Below, piece by piece: positions 18,952-28,525 of a stretch of 64,000 nt of DNA; the first letter of the stretch is position 1; the number at the start of each line of letters is the position of its first letter. The position numbers and the translations under genes are program-made. The stretch spans positions 130,299 through 194,298 of the forward strand of contig JACRJM010000003.1 of assembly GCA_016219965.1 (NCBI GenBank), written 5' to 3'. The notes below the pieces were generated by a model. The model was not told the origin of the DNA, ran no database searches, and was given only the letters and a program-made list of their open reading frames with translations. This stretch comes from Candidatus Schekmanbacteria bacterium. Its GTDB lineage: Bacteria; Schekmanbacteria; GWA2-38-11; J061.

Positions 18952-21850
18952 AGCAAACTCCCTTTTCCAGTATTCTGTTCATGTCTGCTAACTCTTCATG
19001 CCTGTTAACCTGCTTATGCCCCTCATACCAGTATCCAAGCGTATTCCCTATCTCGGAAGCAACAATCTTAAACAATGCTTCTGAAAAATCTTTTTTTCCT
19101 ATTTTTAATGAGTTATGATTTTCAAGAATATATTTCATGAGATTTTTCATTTGCTCATTAAAGTTAGAAAACATGTGGTTGTATTTGAATGGGTTGCCGC
19201 TGCCTTTATGTCCATTGGTACAATTAATTTCAAGGAGCAGATTTTTTAGACTTGCTTCATCACAGGCAGTACCATTGAATTTTCTTACCTTGTCATAGAA
19301 ATTTTCTGTTGATTCATTTAACAGTTGAAGAAATGCCTTGAAATCATTGGGTGTTATGTTTGCCTGCGGTTCCCACTCAGAAATTGACATCTTTATTGTG
19401 TCATAGAGAACCCATGATTTATGGGCTATATCCCTAAGTGAAGATATATGGAGAGTTTCAAAATTGGGCACCTCATTTCCGAGAAGCTCTGTAAATGCCT
19501 TCATGCCATTGTAATTCCTCTTAAGGAAATAATCAGCATTCTTGTAGTGCCAGTGATATACCCCGCAGGAATAAAGAAATCCAAGGTGCTCTCCGTTCCG
19601 TGCCATTCTCATCCCTGCCTCGATGTCCTCGGCGTTTGATATTTTTTTAAATCCATATTTAAGGAGAGATTTCTTTGAATAACATGCACAAACATTGTCA
19701 ATAAATGAGACTTTTCTCTTTAATTGCTCCGGCAGACAGTCAAAAGATTCTTTGTCCTGTAAATAGTATTCTACGTCCCTGTCAAATCCGTAGGAGTTAT
19801 ATGTTATATCGGTAATCCATCTGCTGTAAAGGTCGGCATCAGAATTTACCATCTGCCTTATTGAGAGAGCTGCAAGCTCAGGAGATGCCTTAAAAGTTTG
19901 AGCTATCTTGTATAACAGATAATCGCTGGCAGGAAGGGCATCATGTACCGTATAGAGGACATAATCGCCGCTTGCGTGTTCCGCTGCCAGCTGCCTCGTC
20001 GCACCATGATTAAAAGATTCCCTTGGTATCTGAACAATCTTTGCTCCATTCTTTGCAGCAACTTCCAATGTGCCGTCAGTGGAACCTGAATCTATAATAA
20101 CTATCTCAACATCCTTCACCTTCTTTTGTTTTTTTATTTTATCCATAAGAGCTATAAATTGCTGCCCACCGTTCAATACTGGGATTACTATTGAAAATTT
20201 AGCATCAGCACAGCTGGCATCAGATATATTGCTTTTTATGGGATTGAATGTCATCAACTTGCTTAATGTCTTATTCAAAGTGGCACTTCTATTGAGGAAT
20301 TTCTGATTTGTATGGTCCAAAAGATTATTCAATTCCCTGTTCTTTTCAAGCTCGCTCTGATAGCGTTTATGCATCATATCTATTATGCTTACAGTCCCAT
20401 CAAATGCTTTAGCTTTAAAGATATAGTCGTCACTGTCCGCAGTTGACTGGCCATTTGCAGGTTCAACAGAATTAGATGTTTCTTTTTTATCCATTTTATC
20501 ATCAGCGGCAAAAACAGAATCATCTACCATGATTTTTTCAAGAAATGAGTAGTCGACACCTTTTACCTTTGCAGCCATTTTCCCGCGGTTTGACATATCT
20601 TCCACAGAACCATCGCACATGATAAGGTTGTTTTTCTTATAGAAGTCAAAAAGAGTACTTCCCGGGACAGGAGTGTAAAGGGCCGGCGAATAATGGATAG
20701 GCTTGACTTTTAATACTCCAGCCACTGTCATTATATCATCTTCTTTATGCCAGCCTGTATCAGTGGGGATGCCTAAAATATAATTTGCCCAGATCTTTAC
20801 ACCATACTTGTGTAATATTTCTGTAGCCCTGAAATTGTCCTCGGGAGTTGCCTTCTTGTTAAACCATTTTAATATCCTTGGGCTGAAAGACTCAAAGCCA
20901 ATAATAAGAAATGCAAGGCCAGAGCCTGCCATTTTTTCTATTAAATCCTCGTTCTTGCAAATTACATCTGCCTTAGAAGATGTAACCCATTTGAAACCGC
21001 TCTTTACAAAGCCTTTATCATGAAGAGCCTGCGTGAATTCTTCCACCCACTCGCGGGACATTATAAACTGGTCATCATGAAACATGGCAGACCTGATACC
21101 ATACTTATCCCTAAGCATCTCTAACTCTGCAATCACATTTTCAACACTTCTTCCCCTGATATAGGAAATGCGTTTGCCATCCTTATCAAGCCTTGTGTAA
21201 AGTTGATGTTCTCCGGGTCCGCAGCAGAATGTGCAGTTAAAGGGACAACCTCTGGTATTCATAAGTTCAGCCATAGGGAGAGGGAAATGAAATTTTTTCA
21301 AGCCAAAGGGCTCGCAGTTCATTCTTACATCATAATCCGACCAGATCTCCCTGTCAGGAAACGGGATCTGGTTTAAATCAGGAGTTTTCCCCCAGGAATA
21401 TTTCGGGAACTTTGATGGGTTTTCAATAAGCTCTGGAAAACTTATTTCACCTTCTCCCTGTATTACATAGTCAAAGGCGCCTGTCTTAAGACATTCCTCG
21501 GGAAACATAGTAGGGTGAATGCCACCCGCAACCCTCATAGCTTTTGGGAGGATGGCAGAGGCTATTTTTCCTGCTTCTACAGCTATTGAAAATTCCACAG
21601 AATGGATTGAAAATCCTATTACGTCAGGAGAATTTTTCTTTAACAAAGTCTTATATTCATCCCAGCCGGAAAGCATCCTGAAGTCCACAAGGAAAACCTC
21701 ATGTCCTTTAGATTTAAGCGCTCCCGCCAGATAAGCTAGTCCAAGACGTATGAAAATACTGTCAGGAGATGGTTTTTTTAAATCAGCATCCCACGAACTA
21801 TAGGCTAAGGCTGGATTGACTAAAAGAACTTTTGCCATTTTCCTCTCCAA
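18944..21850 (-). CDS. Fusion protein: B12-binding (class B) radical SAM domain + GT2 family glycosyltransferase + unknown C-terminal domain
   Basis: The N-terminal 150 aa form a cobalamin-binding-like Rossmann region (KVLLVNPA…DVIGFSIHS). Radical SAM CPFNCTFCCGP follows. A GT2 domain starts near residue 555 (FSIVIPVLNG…IIDSGSTDGT). The last roughly 200 aa resemble nothing I recognise. Confidence 0.65.
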   Translation of the reverse strand: MERKMAKVLLVNPALAYSSWDADLKKPSPDSIFIRLGLAYLAGALKSKGHEVFLVDFRMLSGWDEYKTLLKKNSPDVIGFSIHSVEFSIAVEAGKIASAILPKAMRVAGGIHPTMFPEECLKTGAFDYVIQGEGEISFPELIENPSKFPKYSWGKTPDLNQIPFPDREIWSDYDVRMNCEPFGLKKFHFPLPMAELMNTRGCPFNCTFCCGPGEHQLYTRLDKDGKRISYIRGRSVENVIAELEMLRDKYGIRSAMFHDDQFIMSREWVEEFTQALHDKGFVKSGFKWVTSSKADVICKNEDLIEKMAGSGLAFLIIGFESFSPRILKWFNKKATPEDNFRATEILHKYGVKIWANYILGIPTDTGWHKEDDIMTVAGVLKVKPIHYSPALYTPVPGSTLFDFYKKNNLIMCDGSVEDMSNRGKMAAKVKGVDYSFLEKIMVDDSVFAADDKMDKKETSNSVEPANGQSTADSDDYIFKAKAFDGTVSIIDMMHKRYQSELEKNRELNNLLDHTNQKFLNRSATLNKTLSKLMTFNPIKSNISDASCADAKFSIVIPVLNGGQQFIALMDKIKKQKKVKDVEIVIIDSGSTDGTLEVAAKNGAKIVQIPRESFNHGATRQLAAEHASGDYVLYTVHDALPASDYLLYKIAQTFKASPELAALSIRQMVNSDADLYSRWITDITYNSYGFDRDVEYYLQDKESFDCLPEQLKRKVSFIDNVCACYSKKSLLKYGFKKISNAEDIEAGMRMARNGEHLGFLYSCGVYHWHYKNADYFLKRNYNGMKAFTELLGNEVPNFETLHISSLRDIAHKSWVLYDTIKMSISEWEPQANITPNDFKAFLQLLNESTENFYDKVRKFNGTACDEASLKNLLLEINCTNGHKGSGNPFKYNHMFSNFNEQMKNLMKYILENHNSLKIGKKDFSEALFKIVASEIGNTLGYWYEGHKQVNRHEELADMNRILEKGVCFG

Positions 21851-21883
21851 TATTTATAAAAAATTATTTTATCTGCGCGACGC

Positions 21884-23005
21884 TCACAGGAAGCATACGT
21901 GTTCTTTGGGTCTTGTGATATTCCATAATACCTGATTAAATGTGTTGCACCTGCACAATGGGATACAGTCATCAAAATCTATTTTTTCGCAGGCCTCTTT
22001 CCGTTCTTCCGAATTCCAAACCTCTGCAAGACTTTTTTCCTTGAGATCCCCGATACAATACTTTTCATAACCTCTGAGATGGCAGCAGATGTACATCTTG
22101 CCGGTTGCGGCAATAACCGTAGCAAACTGGTGGCCATAGCATTCCTTGTAATTCCTTCCATAATCTTTCGAGTTCATCATGTCGTATTTATGTTTTGAAT
22201 GGAGGACATCAAAGGCATTGCCGCTGTATTTTATACATTTCGCAATTTCCCTCGTAACATCTTCCCAGTTGTATTCAAAATTTCCGCCGCGATGTATCTG
22301 CATTGGACGAAACTGGATATAGTCAACTCCCATATCTCTGCAAAGGATAGTTGCTTTTTCCAAATCACCGCTTGTCTCCCTGCTGGTCAGGTATCCTACT
22401 CCCACTGTGGCGTTGCTTTGTAATTCCTTTTTCATTCTTGTCAGCATTCGTATATTCTCTACAACCTTGTTAAAAGCATTTCCGTCCCTTCCATGCGTTT
22501 TCAAGAATACTTCAGGGGTTGCAGCATCAAGAGAAACCCTTATCCATGTGCAATTTTTCAGAAGCTTCTCTGCTGACTCTTCTTTTAGAAGCTGGCCATT
22601 TGTGATAAAACCGACATCTATACCTCTTGATTTTGCACGCTCGACTATATCAGGAGTATCAGGATGGCATAATGGTTCTCCGCCGCCGGTAAAAATCAAT
22701 CCCCTTGCTCCTTCTTCGCCTAATTGATCTATAATTGATTCTGCCCTTTCCCTTGAAAGGGAATTACTGTCTGTAAGCTGGTAATAACTTACAACGCACT
22801 CCGGGCACTTGTGATTGCATACATTTGTCATATCTATTTCAACAGTAATAGGTGGAGGATTATCTCCATCTATCCATGCGCTGACCCTGTCCAAATGTTG
22901 CAGAATTTTCTCAGAACTGAACTGTTTTACATCATTAAGCTTTTCCTTAAGGTCGGGGATAAATTCTATGATGTTTTCTTTTTTTGGTGCTGCAGCGCCC
23001 TTCAT
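21884..23005 (-). CDS. Radical SAM enzyme with SPASM domain (first gene of the operon)
   Basis: CNHKCPECV (Cx3Cx2C) with a C-terminal Cys-rich SPASM region. I start it at the internal ATG (MKGAAAPKK), which has a perfect AAAGGAGG RBS 6 nt upstream. The ORF track extends to 23056. Confidence 0.7.
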   Translation of the reverse strand: MKGAAAPKKENIIEFIPDLKEKLNDVKQFSSEKILQHLDRVSAWIDGDNPPPITVEIDMTNVCNHKCPECVVSYYQLTDSNSLSRERAESIIDQLGEEGARGLIFTGGGEPLCHPDTPDIVERAKSRGIDVGFITNGQLLKEESAEKLLKNCTWIRVSLDAATPEVFLKTHGRDGNAFNKVVENIRMLTRMKKELQSNATVGVGYLTSRETSGDLEKATILCRDMGVDYIQFRPMQIHRGGNFEYNWEDVTREIAKCIKYSGNAFDVLHSKHKYDMMNSKDYGRNYKECYGHQFATVIAATGKMYICCHLRGYEKYCIGDLKEKSLAEVWNSEERKEACEKIDFDDCIPLCRCNTFNQVLWNITRPKEHVCFL

Positions 23006-23057
23006 AAAAAATCCTCCTTTTAATAAATAAAAATGCTCATAGATAAAAAATACCAAG

Positions 23058-23072
23058 CCTCTTTAAGCAATA
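23058..23072 (-). promoter_or_regulatory. Sigma-54 (-24/-12) promoter for the radical-SAM operon
   Basis: The minus strand reads TGGCAG-gatta-TTGCT, an almost perfect TGGCAC-N5-TTGCW. It sits about 40 nt upstream of the RBS/ATG at 23005. Confidence 0.5.
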
Positions 23073-23298
23073 ATCCTGCCAAAGGTTTATTAGAAGGAGA
23101 AGGGATTATTATCAGACAATAACCATTTGATATTTATATTTTTTTTGAAGCGGTGCCTTTTTTCTCAATAGAGCATTCTTAAACAATTATTGTGGAAAAG
23201 ATTGCCCATTGAGGAGAAAAATTAGCCTGGTGAAATGATTATCAGGAAATTGATTTCATGCTGAGTACTTCTTAAGATAGGGGAGCAAATTTACTTCT

Positions 23299-23703
23299 TC
23301 AGGATTTATCAACAAGGTACTGAAAAGAGTATATTTGAAGGTTTTTTATAAGGTTTTGCTCGACCTCCTTGCATACGGTATGTATGGGGCATGTTGCCTT
23401 CCTTTTGCATACATCTTCCCCGTTTACGCATATATTTATAAGTGGTAATGCTTCCATTGCTTTAACAACATCAAAAACAGTCAACTGACTAGGTGTTACG
23501 GCCAATGAATAACCGCCGCCTTTACCCCTCTGGGATTGCACGATTCCTTGTTTGTTCAGACGGTGCATTATTTTGGCAACAAATGGGCGAGGTATTTCTT
23601 CGTCGGCAGACAGGGCATCTATCCTGGAAAACCCTTTTTCCTGTTTTGACAGGTTTAAAACGCACCTTATTGCATAATCTGTATCACGCTTAATACGTAA
23701 CAT
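23299..23703 (-). CDS. Rrf2-family (IscR-like) transcriptional regulator
   Basis: N-terminal wHTH DYAIRCVL…S..EIP..F.AKI. Three cluster-ligand cysteines (CVNGEDVCKRKATCP). Confidence 0.75.
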   Translation of the reverse strand: MLRIKRDTDYAIRCVLNLSKQEKGFSRIDALSADEEIPRPFVAKIMHRLNKQGIVQSQRGKGGGYSLAVTPSQLTVFDVVKAMEALPLINICVNGEDVCKRKATCPIHTVCKEVEQNLIKNLQIYSFQYLVDKS

Positions 23704-23765
23704 ATATTATCTGTAAATAGCTAAAAAAACACAAAGTCAATATTTTTTTTAAAATATTTATTATT

Positions 23766-24740
23766 TTAGCCATTAATTCTTTTTGCCATACGGTCAAGAT
23801 ACCCGGAAAGCTTTAACTTTATAGACTGAAGAGTATCGAACTCATTTACAACTATGCGCTTAAGCATTAACCTGCTGTCACTGAAAGTATTCAGACCGAA
23901 AACTGTGGAACAGGTATTTTCATAGCCTGATGATGAAAAAACCTGTGCGTTAATATTTCTGAAGTATTTTTCTCCTCCAAAAGGCATGGCGAAGGACAAT
24001 ACTTTTTTTGATGTGACAGATTCGAGGTATTCCCTTGAATGAGTTAATTCTTTTTTGATCTCATCCTTTCCGAGCATGCTGAAATCAGCATGGGAATGAC
24101 TGTGTGAGGCAACTTCAATAAAAGGAGAGGAAATATGTCTGACATCCTCTGCGGAAAGAAAATTCCTTTCAATATAACCGAATAGCATATTTACATTAAG
24201 AATCTTTTCAACAAGACTTCTTGTTTTTCCCTGATTATTAGAGGCAAGTATTGAAGTAATTGATCTTTTTAGCAGGAGATGATTTTTACTTTTAGTGATA
24301 TGCAATTCATTAAGAAGCATTTCGAATGAATCTTTGTTGTTTAATGCAGCCTCAATATATATATATAATGGAATCGCATCCCCTGAAAGTATTCCCGTAG
24401 GAAGAAAAAATGTGCAGGGTATATTGCTTTTATCAACTAGAGGTATCACATTGCTGATTAATGATTTGTAGCCATCATCAAAGGTAATGGCAACAAAGGG
24501 TTTCCCCCCTTCTGAAATTTTGCAATTGGCAATATGATCTGCCACTTCAGAAAGCGGAACTATCCGGAAATATTTTTTAAGGAAAAAGATATGCGATTCA
24601 AAATCTTTTACCGTGCAGCTTACAGTCCCATCGTAATAAAAATTTTCATTTGAATCCTCGTCATTTTCATCAATTATCCTGTGGTAGGCAAGTATAGGAA
24701 AACAGCTCTTCTTGAGCTTTGAGAGAGAAGAATCAAGCAT
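23766..24740 (-). CDS. Polysaccharide deacetylase (CE4/NodB family)
   Basis: NodB motif VAITFDDGYKS and a His-rich SHSHSHADF motif. Confidence 0.65.
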   Translation of the reverse strand: MLDSSLSKLKKSCFPILAYHRIIDENDEDSNENFYYDGTVSCTVKDFESHIFFLKKYFRIVPLSEVADHIANCKISEGGKPFVAITFDDGYKSLISNVIPLVDKSNIPCTFFLPTGILSGDAIPLYIYIEAALNNKDSFEMLLNELHITKSKNHLLLKRSITSILASNNQGKTRSLVEKILNVNMLFGYIERNFLSAEDVRHISSPFIEVASHSHSHADFSMLGKDEIKKELTHSREYLESVTSKKVLSFAMPFGGEKYFRNINAQVFSSSGYENTCSTVFGLNTFSDSRLMLKRIVVNEFDTLQSIKLKLSGYLDRMAKRING

Positions 24741-24825
24741 TTTCTGCTGCGTTTTCCCTTTGAGAAGGAAAGATAGTGCAGATGTAAGAATCCGTTCATT
24801 GTCTCTTAAGAATTTTGAAAATATC

Positions 24826-25731
24826 TCAATAGTATGTCCTTCCCATTAATTTATTTATTTTTTTTATGGTTTCAGCGCTTAAGACATTGTCATCTTTCCT
24901 GACAGCCTGTATTTTTTTTATACCATGAACCAATCCCTTTAAGTAATGCTTTAATGATGATGTACGCATACTTTCCAAAAATACAAAAACGCTCCATAAA
25001 AGACTATGGATAATGGCATAGCGGAGAGGCAGATATTTAAAAGCAACGTTAATTCTATTTTTTATGAGATAATATGAACGCTGACCCTCTGATTTTCCTG
25101 ATGGCGACATAAAGTGTTTTATTTTTACGTCCGGTATAAAGAAAATATCTATTCCCTTTTCCATCAGTCTGAACGAGAAATCAAGCTCTTCGCAACCAAA
25201 GAAATATTCTTCAGGGAGTAGGCCTATATCTTCAAATATTTTTTTTCTGAAAGCGCAGGCTCCCCCGAAAAAATAGGAGCATGCTGTATCTGAATCAAGT
25301 CTTTTCCCGCGCCGGACAGGATAACCACCATGGTCTATATTCTTCCCTCTGCTCTCAGGTTTTATATCTTCAATCTTGAAACTAAGAGCACCGGCAGAAG
25401 GGTATCTGTCAAAAGATCTGATGATGTTTTGTATATCTTCATTAGAAGAAAAGCATGCATCATCATCAATAAAAATGACAAACTTTCCTGAAGAGTTTTT
25501 TATACCAATATTTCTTCCACCTGCAACCCCGGTGTTTATTTCAGATTTTACCTGTTTGAGATCCATTCCATTGAAAAGTGCAATCTGTTCATTGCTGCAA
25601 TTAACACCGTTTTCAACAAGGATTATTTCAAAATCCTTAAATGTCTGGATTTTGAGGCTGTCTGCAAGGGAGTGGAGTTCTTTTTCCCGTTCCATAGAAG
25701 ATATCACAACGACTATACTGATTAAAGGCAT
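24826..25731 (-). CDS. GT2 family glycosyltransferase
   Basis: GT-A fold motifs ISIVVVISS…EIILVENG…FIDDD. Confidence 0.7.
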   Translation of the reverse strand: MPLISIVVVISSMEREKELHSLADSLKIQTFKDFEIILVENGVNCSNEQIALFNGMDLKQVKSEINTGVAGGRNIGIKNSSGKFVIFIDDDACFSSNEDIQNIIRSFDRYPSAGALSFKIEDIKPESRGKNIDHGGYPVRRGKRLDSDTACSYFFGGACAFRKKIFEDIGLLPEEYFFGCEELDFSFRLMEKGIDIFFIPDVKIKHFMSPSGKSEGQRSYYLIKNRINVAFKYLPLRYAIIHSLLWSVFVFLESMRTSSLKHYLKGLVHGIKKIQAVRKDDNVLSAETIKKINKLMGRTYY

Positions 25732-25869
25732 GGTATTCTTCTTTAAAAAAGTGAATAAAATACTAATAAAAGATTTTTATTTAGATTGCCAGTCCAAAGA
25801 GACATGGTAAACTTGTTTTTATTATTAATTAATAGCAATAGATATTGGCATCTTTAACATTTTATTGAA

Positions 25870-28476
25870 ATGAAAACACAGACTAAAATTATTATCTTAT
25901 TGTCCTTTCTAATATTTATCTTTATTTGCGGTCTGGTATCGCTGCAGTATTTTCAACTTCAGAAGGCAGAGCACATTTCTAATGAAAGTAAAATCTACAG
26001 AGAGAAGATGTTTGATAAAATCATCGATATTAAAGGCAAGACACTGGAAGGCTTTACCAATGATTATAGCTACTGGGATGGGATGGTAAGTCTGGTTTCA
26101 CAGCCTTTGGATAAAAAATGGGCGTATGAAAATATAGATATTGTAATTCATAATTACAATGTTCAGGTGGTCTGGGTTTATACGAAAAATTTTTCCAATG
26201 TATATTCTACGAACAGTTTTAATGATGAAAAACTGAAGGGAAACCTCCTGTCTGAAGAAGCGCTGAAGAAAATCTTTAAAACAAATCTTTTCCCACATTT
26301 CTTTGTTAACACAAGCCGCGGACTAATGGAAATCAGGGGAGCCCCGATTCAGGCTACTGCCGACAGCAAAAGGGAAACAACTCCATCAGGATTTCTTATT
26401 GCCGGACGTTTATGGGATAGCATTTATATTAATGAAATTTCGGAGTTGGTGGACGGTTCTATAATACTCTCTGATTTTGCAGGTAATAAGAAGCAGGATG
26501 CTGACCATCCCAATGAACAGGATGTTATCGAATTTTCAAAAATATACAATGGATGGGATGGTAAACCCCTGGTATTCGTTAATGTATCTGCTAATTCCCA
26601 TATAATGACAGAGATCAACCAATGGTCCAAAAATGTGTTTTTCATATTCATGGTCTTTTCTCTGGCTATTTTAATTATTATCCCTGCATTTATTATCCGC
26701 TGGGTTACAACCCCTTTGAATAAAATATCGCAGAGCTTGAATCAAGATGCCCCTGATGCAATTGAGAGTCTGAGGGAAGAAAAATCAGAATTTGGCAATA
26801 TAGCAAAACTGATTGCAGAGTTTTTCAGACAAAGAAGCGAACTGAAGGCAGTTGTTAACGAGATGGAAATAAGAGTTCAGGAGAGAACATCTGAGATAGC
26901 GAAGGTAAATGAAAATCTCCGTTCTGAGATCATTGAGCGGGAAAAAGCAGAAGAGTTCATTAAAAATATCCTTGAAACCGTTGACGAAGGCTTCATCGTT
27001 GTAGACCGCGAGTACAGGATAATATCTGCAAACAATGCTTATATAAAACAGGCAAATATACCTTTGAAAGATATAATAGGCAGGCACTGTTATGAAGTAT
27101 CCCATAATGTAAGCAGACCATGTTATGAGGAAGGTGAGGATTGTGCCGTCAGGCATACTTTTTCTTCGGGCAACCCACATACTTCCATCCATACCCACCG
27201 GGACAATGATAACCGCCCTGTTTATGTGGAAACAAAAACTTATCCAATGAAAAACGAGTCAGGAGAAATAATTTCTGCAATAGAAATTGTTAATAATATT
27301 ACTGAAAAAAAGAAGCTTGAGGCTCAGTTGCGTCATTCTCAAAAGATGGAAGCAGTGGGCCAGCTTGCAGGAGGTGTGGCGCATGATTTTAACAACATAC
27401 TTACTGCCATAATCGGTTACGGCACTATGCTGCAGAGGAAAGTTGGAGATAACAACACGTTAAGAACATATGTAGATACCATTCTTTCCTCAGCTGAAAG
27501 AGCAGGTAATCTTACCAAGAGCCTTCTTGCATTCAGCAGAAAACAGATAATGGAGCCAAAACCTGTAAACCTCAATCAATTAATAAATGAAGCAAAGAAA
27601 CTTCTTTCAAAGCTCGTAAACGAAAAAATAGAGTTTAAGGTGACGCTTTCAGATCAGGATATGGTTGTCATGGCAGATAGCGGCCAGATAGAGCAGGTGC
27701 TGATGAACCTTGTAACGAATGCAAAGGATGCGATGCCTGACGGAGGCACTTTACAGATTACTACAGAGATTGCAGAAACTGAAGATGAGTATATTAAGTT
27801 CCCAGCCTTTATGAAACCCGGCAGATATGTTCTAATTTCTATTTCGGATACAGGTATTGGAATGGATGATGATACAAAGGAAAAAATATTTGAACCATTT
27901 TTTACTACAAAAGACCCAGGGAAAGGCACTGGACTCGGGCTGGCGATAGTTTATGGCATAGTAAAACAGCATAACGGTTATATAGAAGTTAACAGCGAAT
28001 TTTCGCAGGGGACTACTTTTAAAATATATCTTCCGCTCATTGAATCCATTGCTGAAAAAAAAGGAGACAGTGCAGCATTATTACTGCCTAAAGGGAATGA
28101 AACAATATTGGTAGCAGAAGATGAACTCTCTGTAAGGGAAATTGTAAGAATGCTCCTCGAAGAACAGGGATATAAGGTAATAGAAGCTGTTAACGGCGAA
28201 GATGCGGTGAAAAAGTTCACTGCTAATAAAGACAGCATCGAGCTTATTCTCCTTGACCTTATGATGCCTCAGAAAGATGGCAGGACTGTTTATGAGGAAA
28301 TAAAGAAGATAAGGCCGGGAATTAAGGCGATTTTTATGAGCGGTTATTCTGAAGAGACTGTCAGTATATCAGGGATTATTAAGGATAAACTGCACTTCAT
28401 CCCGAAGCCGATTTCGCCGGAAAAACTTTTATTTAAGATACGAGAGGCAATTTCTGGTGATGGTCACCCTGCCTGA
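25870..28476 (+). CDS. Hybrid sensor histidine kinase (periplasmic sensor–PAS–HisKA–HATPase–REC)
   Basis: TM segments at about 8-28 and 254-276. The PAS domain contains a Cys/His cluster ([24 protein letters not shown]). H-box [12 protein letters not shown], HATPase G-boxes and a C-terminal REC (ILVAEDE…LILLDLMMP…KP). Confidence 0.8.
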   Translation: MKTQTKIIILLSFLIFIFICGLVSLQYFQLQKAEHISNESKIYREKMFDKIIDIKGKTLEGFTNDYSYWDGMVSLVSQPLDKKWAYENIDIVIHNYNVQVVWVYTKNFSNVYSTNSFNDEKLKGNLLSEEALKKIFKTNLFPHFFVNTSRGLMEIRGAPIQATADSKRETTPSGFLIAGRLWDSIYINEISELVDGSIILSDFAGNKKQDADHPNEQDVIEFSKIYNGWDGKPLVFVNVSANSHIMTEINQWSKNVFFIFMVFSLAILIIIPAFIIRWVTTPLNKISQSLNQDAPDAIESLREEKSEFGNIAKLIAEFFRQRSELKAVVNEMEIRVQERTSEIAKVNENLRSEIIEREKAEEFIKNILETVDEGFIVVDREYRIISANNAYIKQANIPLKDIIGRHCYEVSHNVSRPCYEEGEDCAVRHTFSSGNPHTSIHTHRDNDNRPVYVETKTYPMKNESGEIISAIEIVNNITEKKKLEAQLRHSQKMEAVGQLAGGVAHDFNNILTAIIGYGTMLQRKVGDNNTLRTYVDTILSSAERAGNLTKSLLAFSRKQIMEPKPVNLNQLINEAKKLLSKLVNEKIEFKVTLSDQDMVVMADSGQIEQVLMNLVTNAKDAMPDGGTLQITTEIAETEDEYIKFPAFMKPGRYVLISISDTGIGMDDDTKEKIFEPFFTTKDPGKGTGLGLAIVYGIVKQHNGYIEVNSEFSQGTTFKIYLPLIESIAEKKGDSAALLLPKGNETILVAEDELSVREIVRMLLEEQGYKVIEAVNGEDAVKKFTANKDSIELILLDLMMPQKDGRTVYEEIKKIRPGIKAIFMSGYSEETVSISGIIKDKLHFIPKPISPEKLLFKIREAISGDGHPA

Positions 28477-28525
28477 TAGGTTTGCAGTTTCCCGGGCATA
28501 GCTTATCATTTCCTGACACTTCGGT

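Noticed and set aside
23006-23056. ORF-track 5' extension of the first radical-SAM gene (MVFFIYEHFYLLKGGFF…).
   Set aside because: An internal ATG at 23005 has a perfect AAAGGAGG RBS, and the sigma-54 promoter lies within the putative extension. The shorter start is more plausible.
23057-23298. Searched both strands of the Rrf2–rSAM intergenic region for a small RiPP precursor ORF.
   Set aside because: Only 9-14-aa ORFs are present, with no RBS. There is no credible precursor peptide.
25801-25869. A TGGCAT motif upstream of the hybrid kinase, as a possible sigma-54 promoter.
   Set aside because: No TTGC -12 element lies at the correct spacing.
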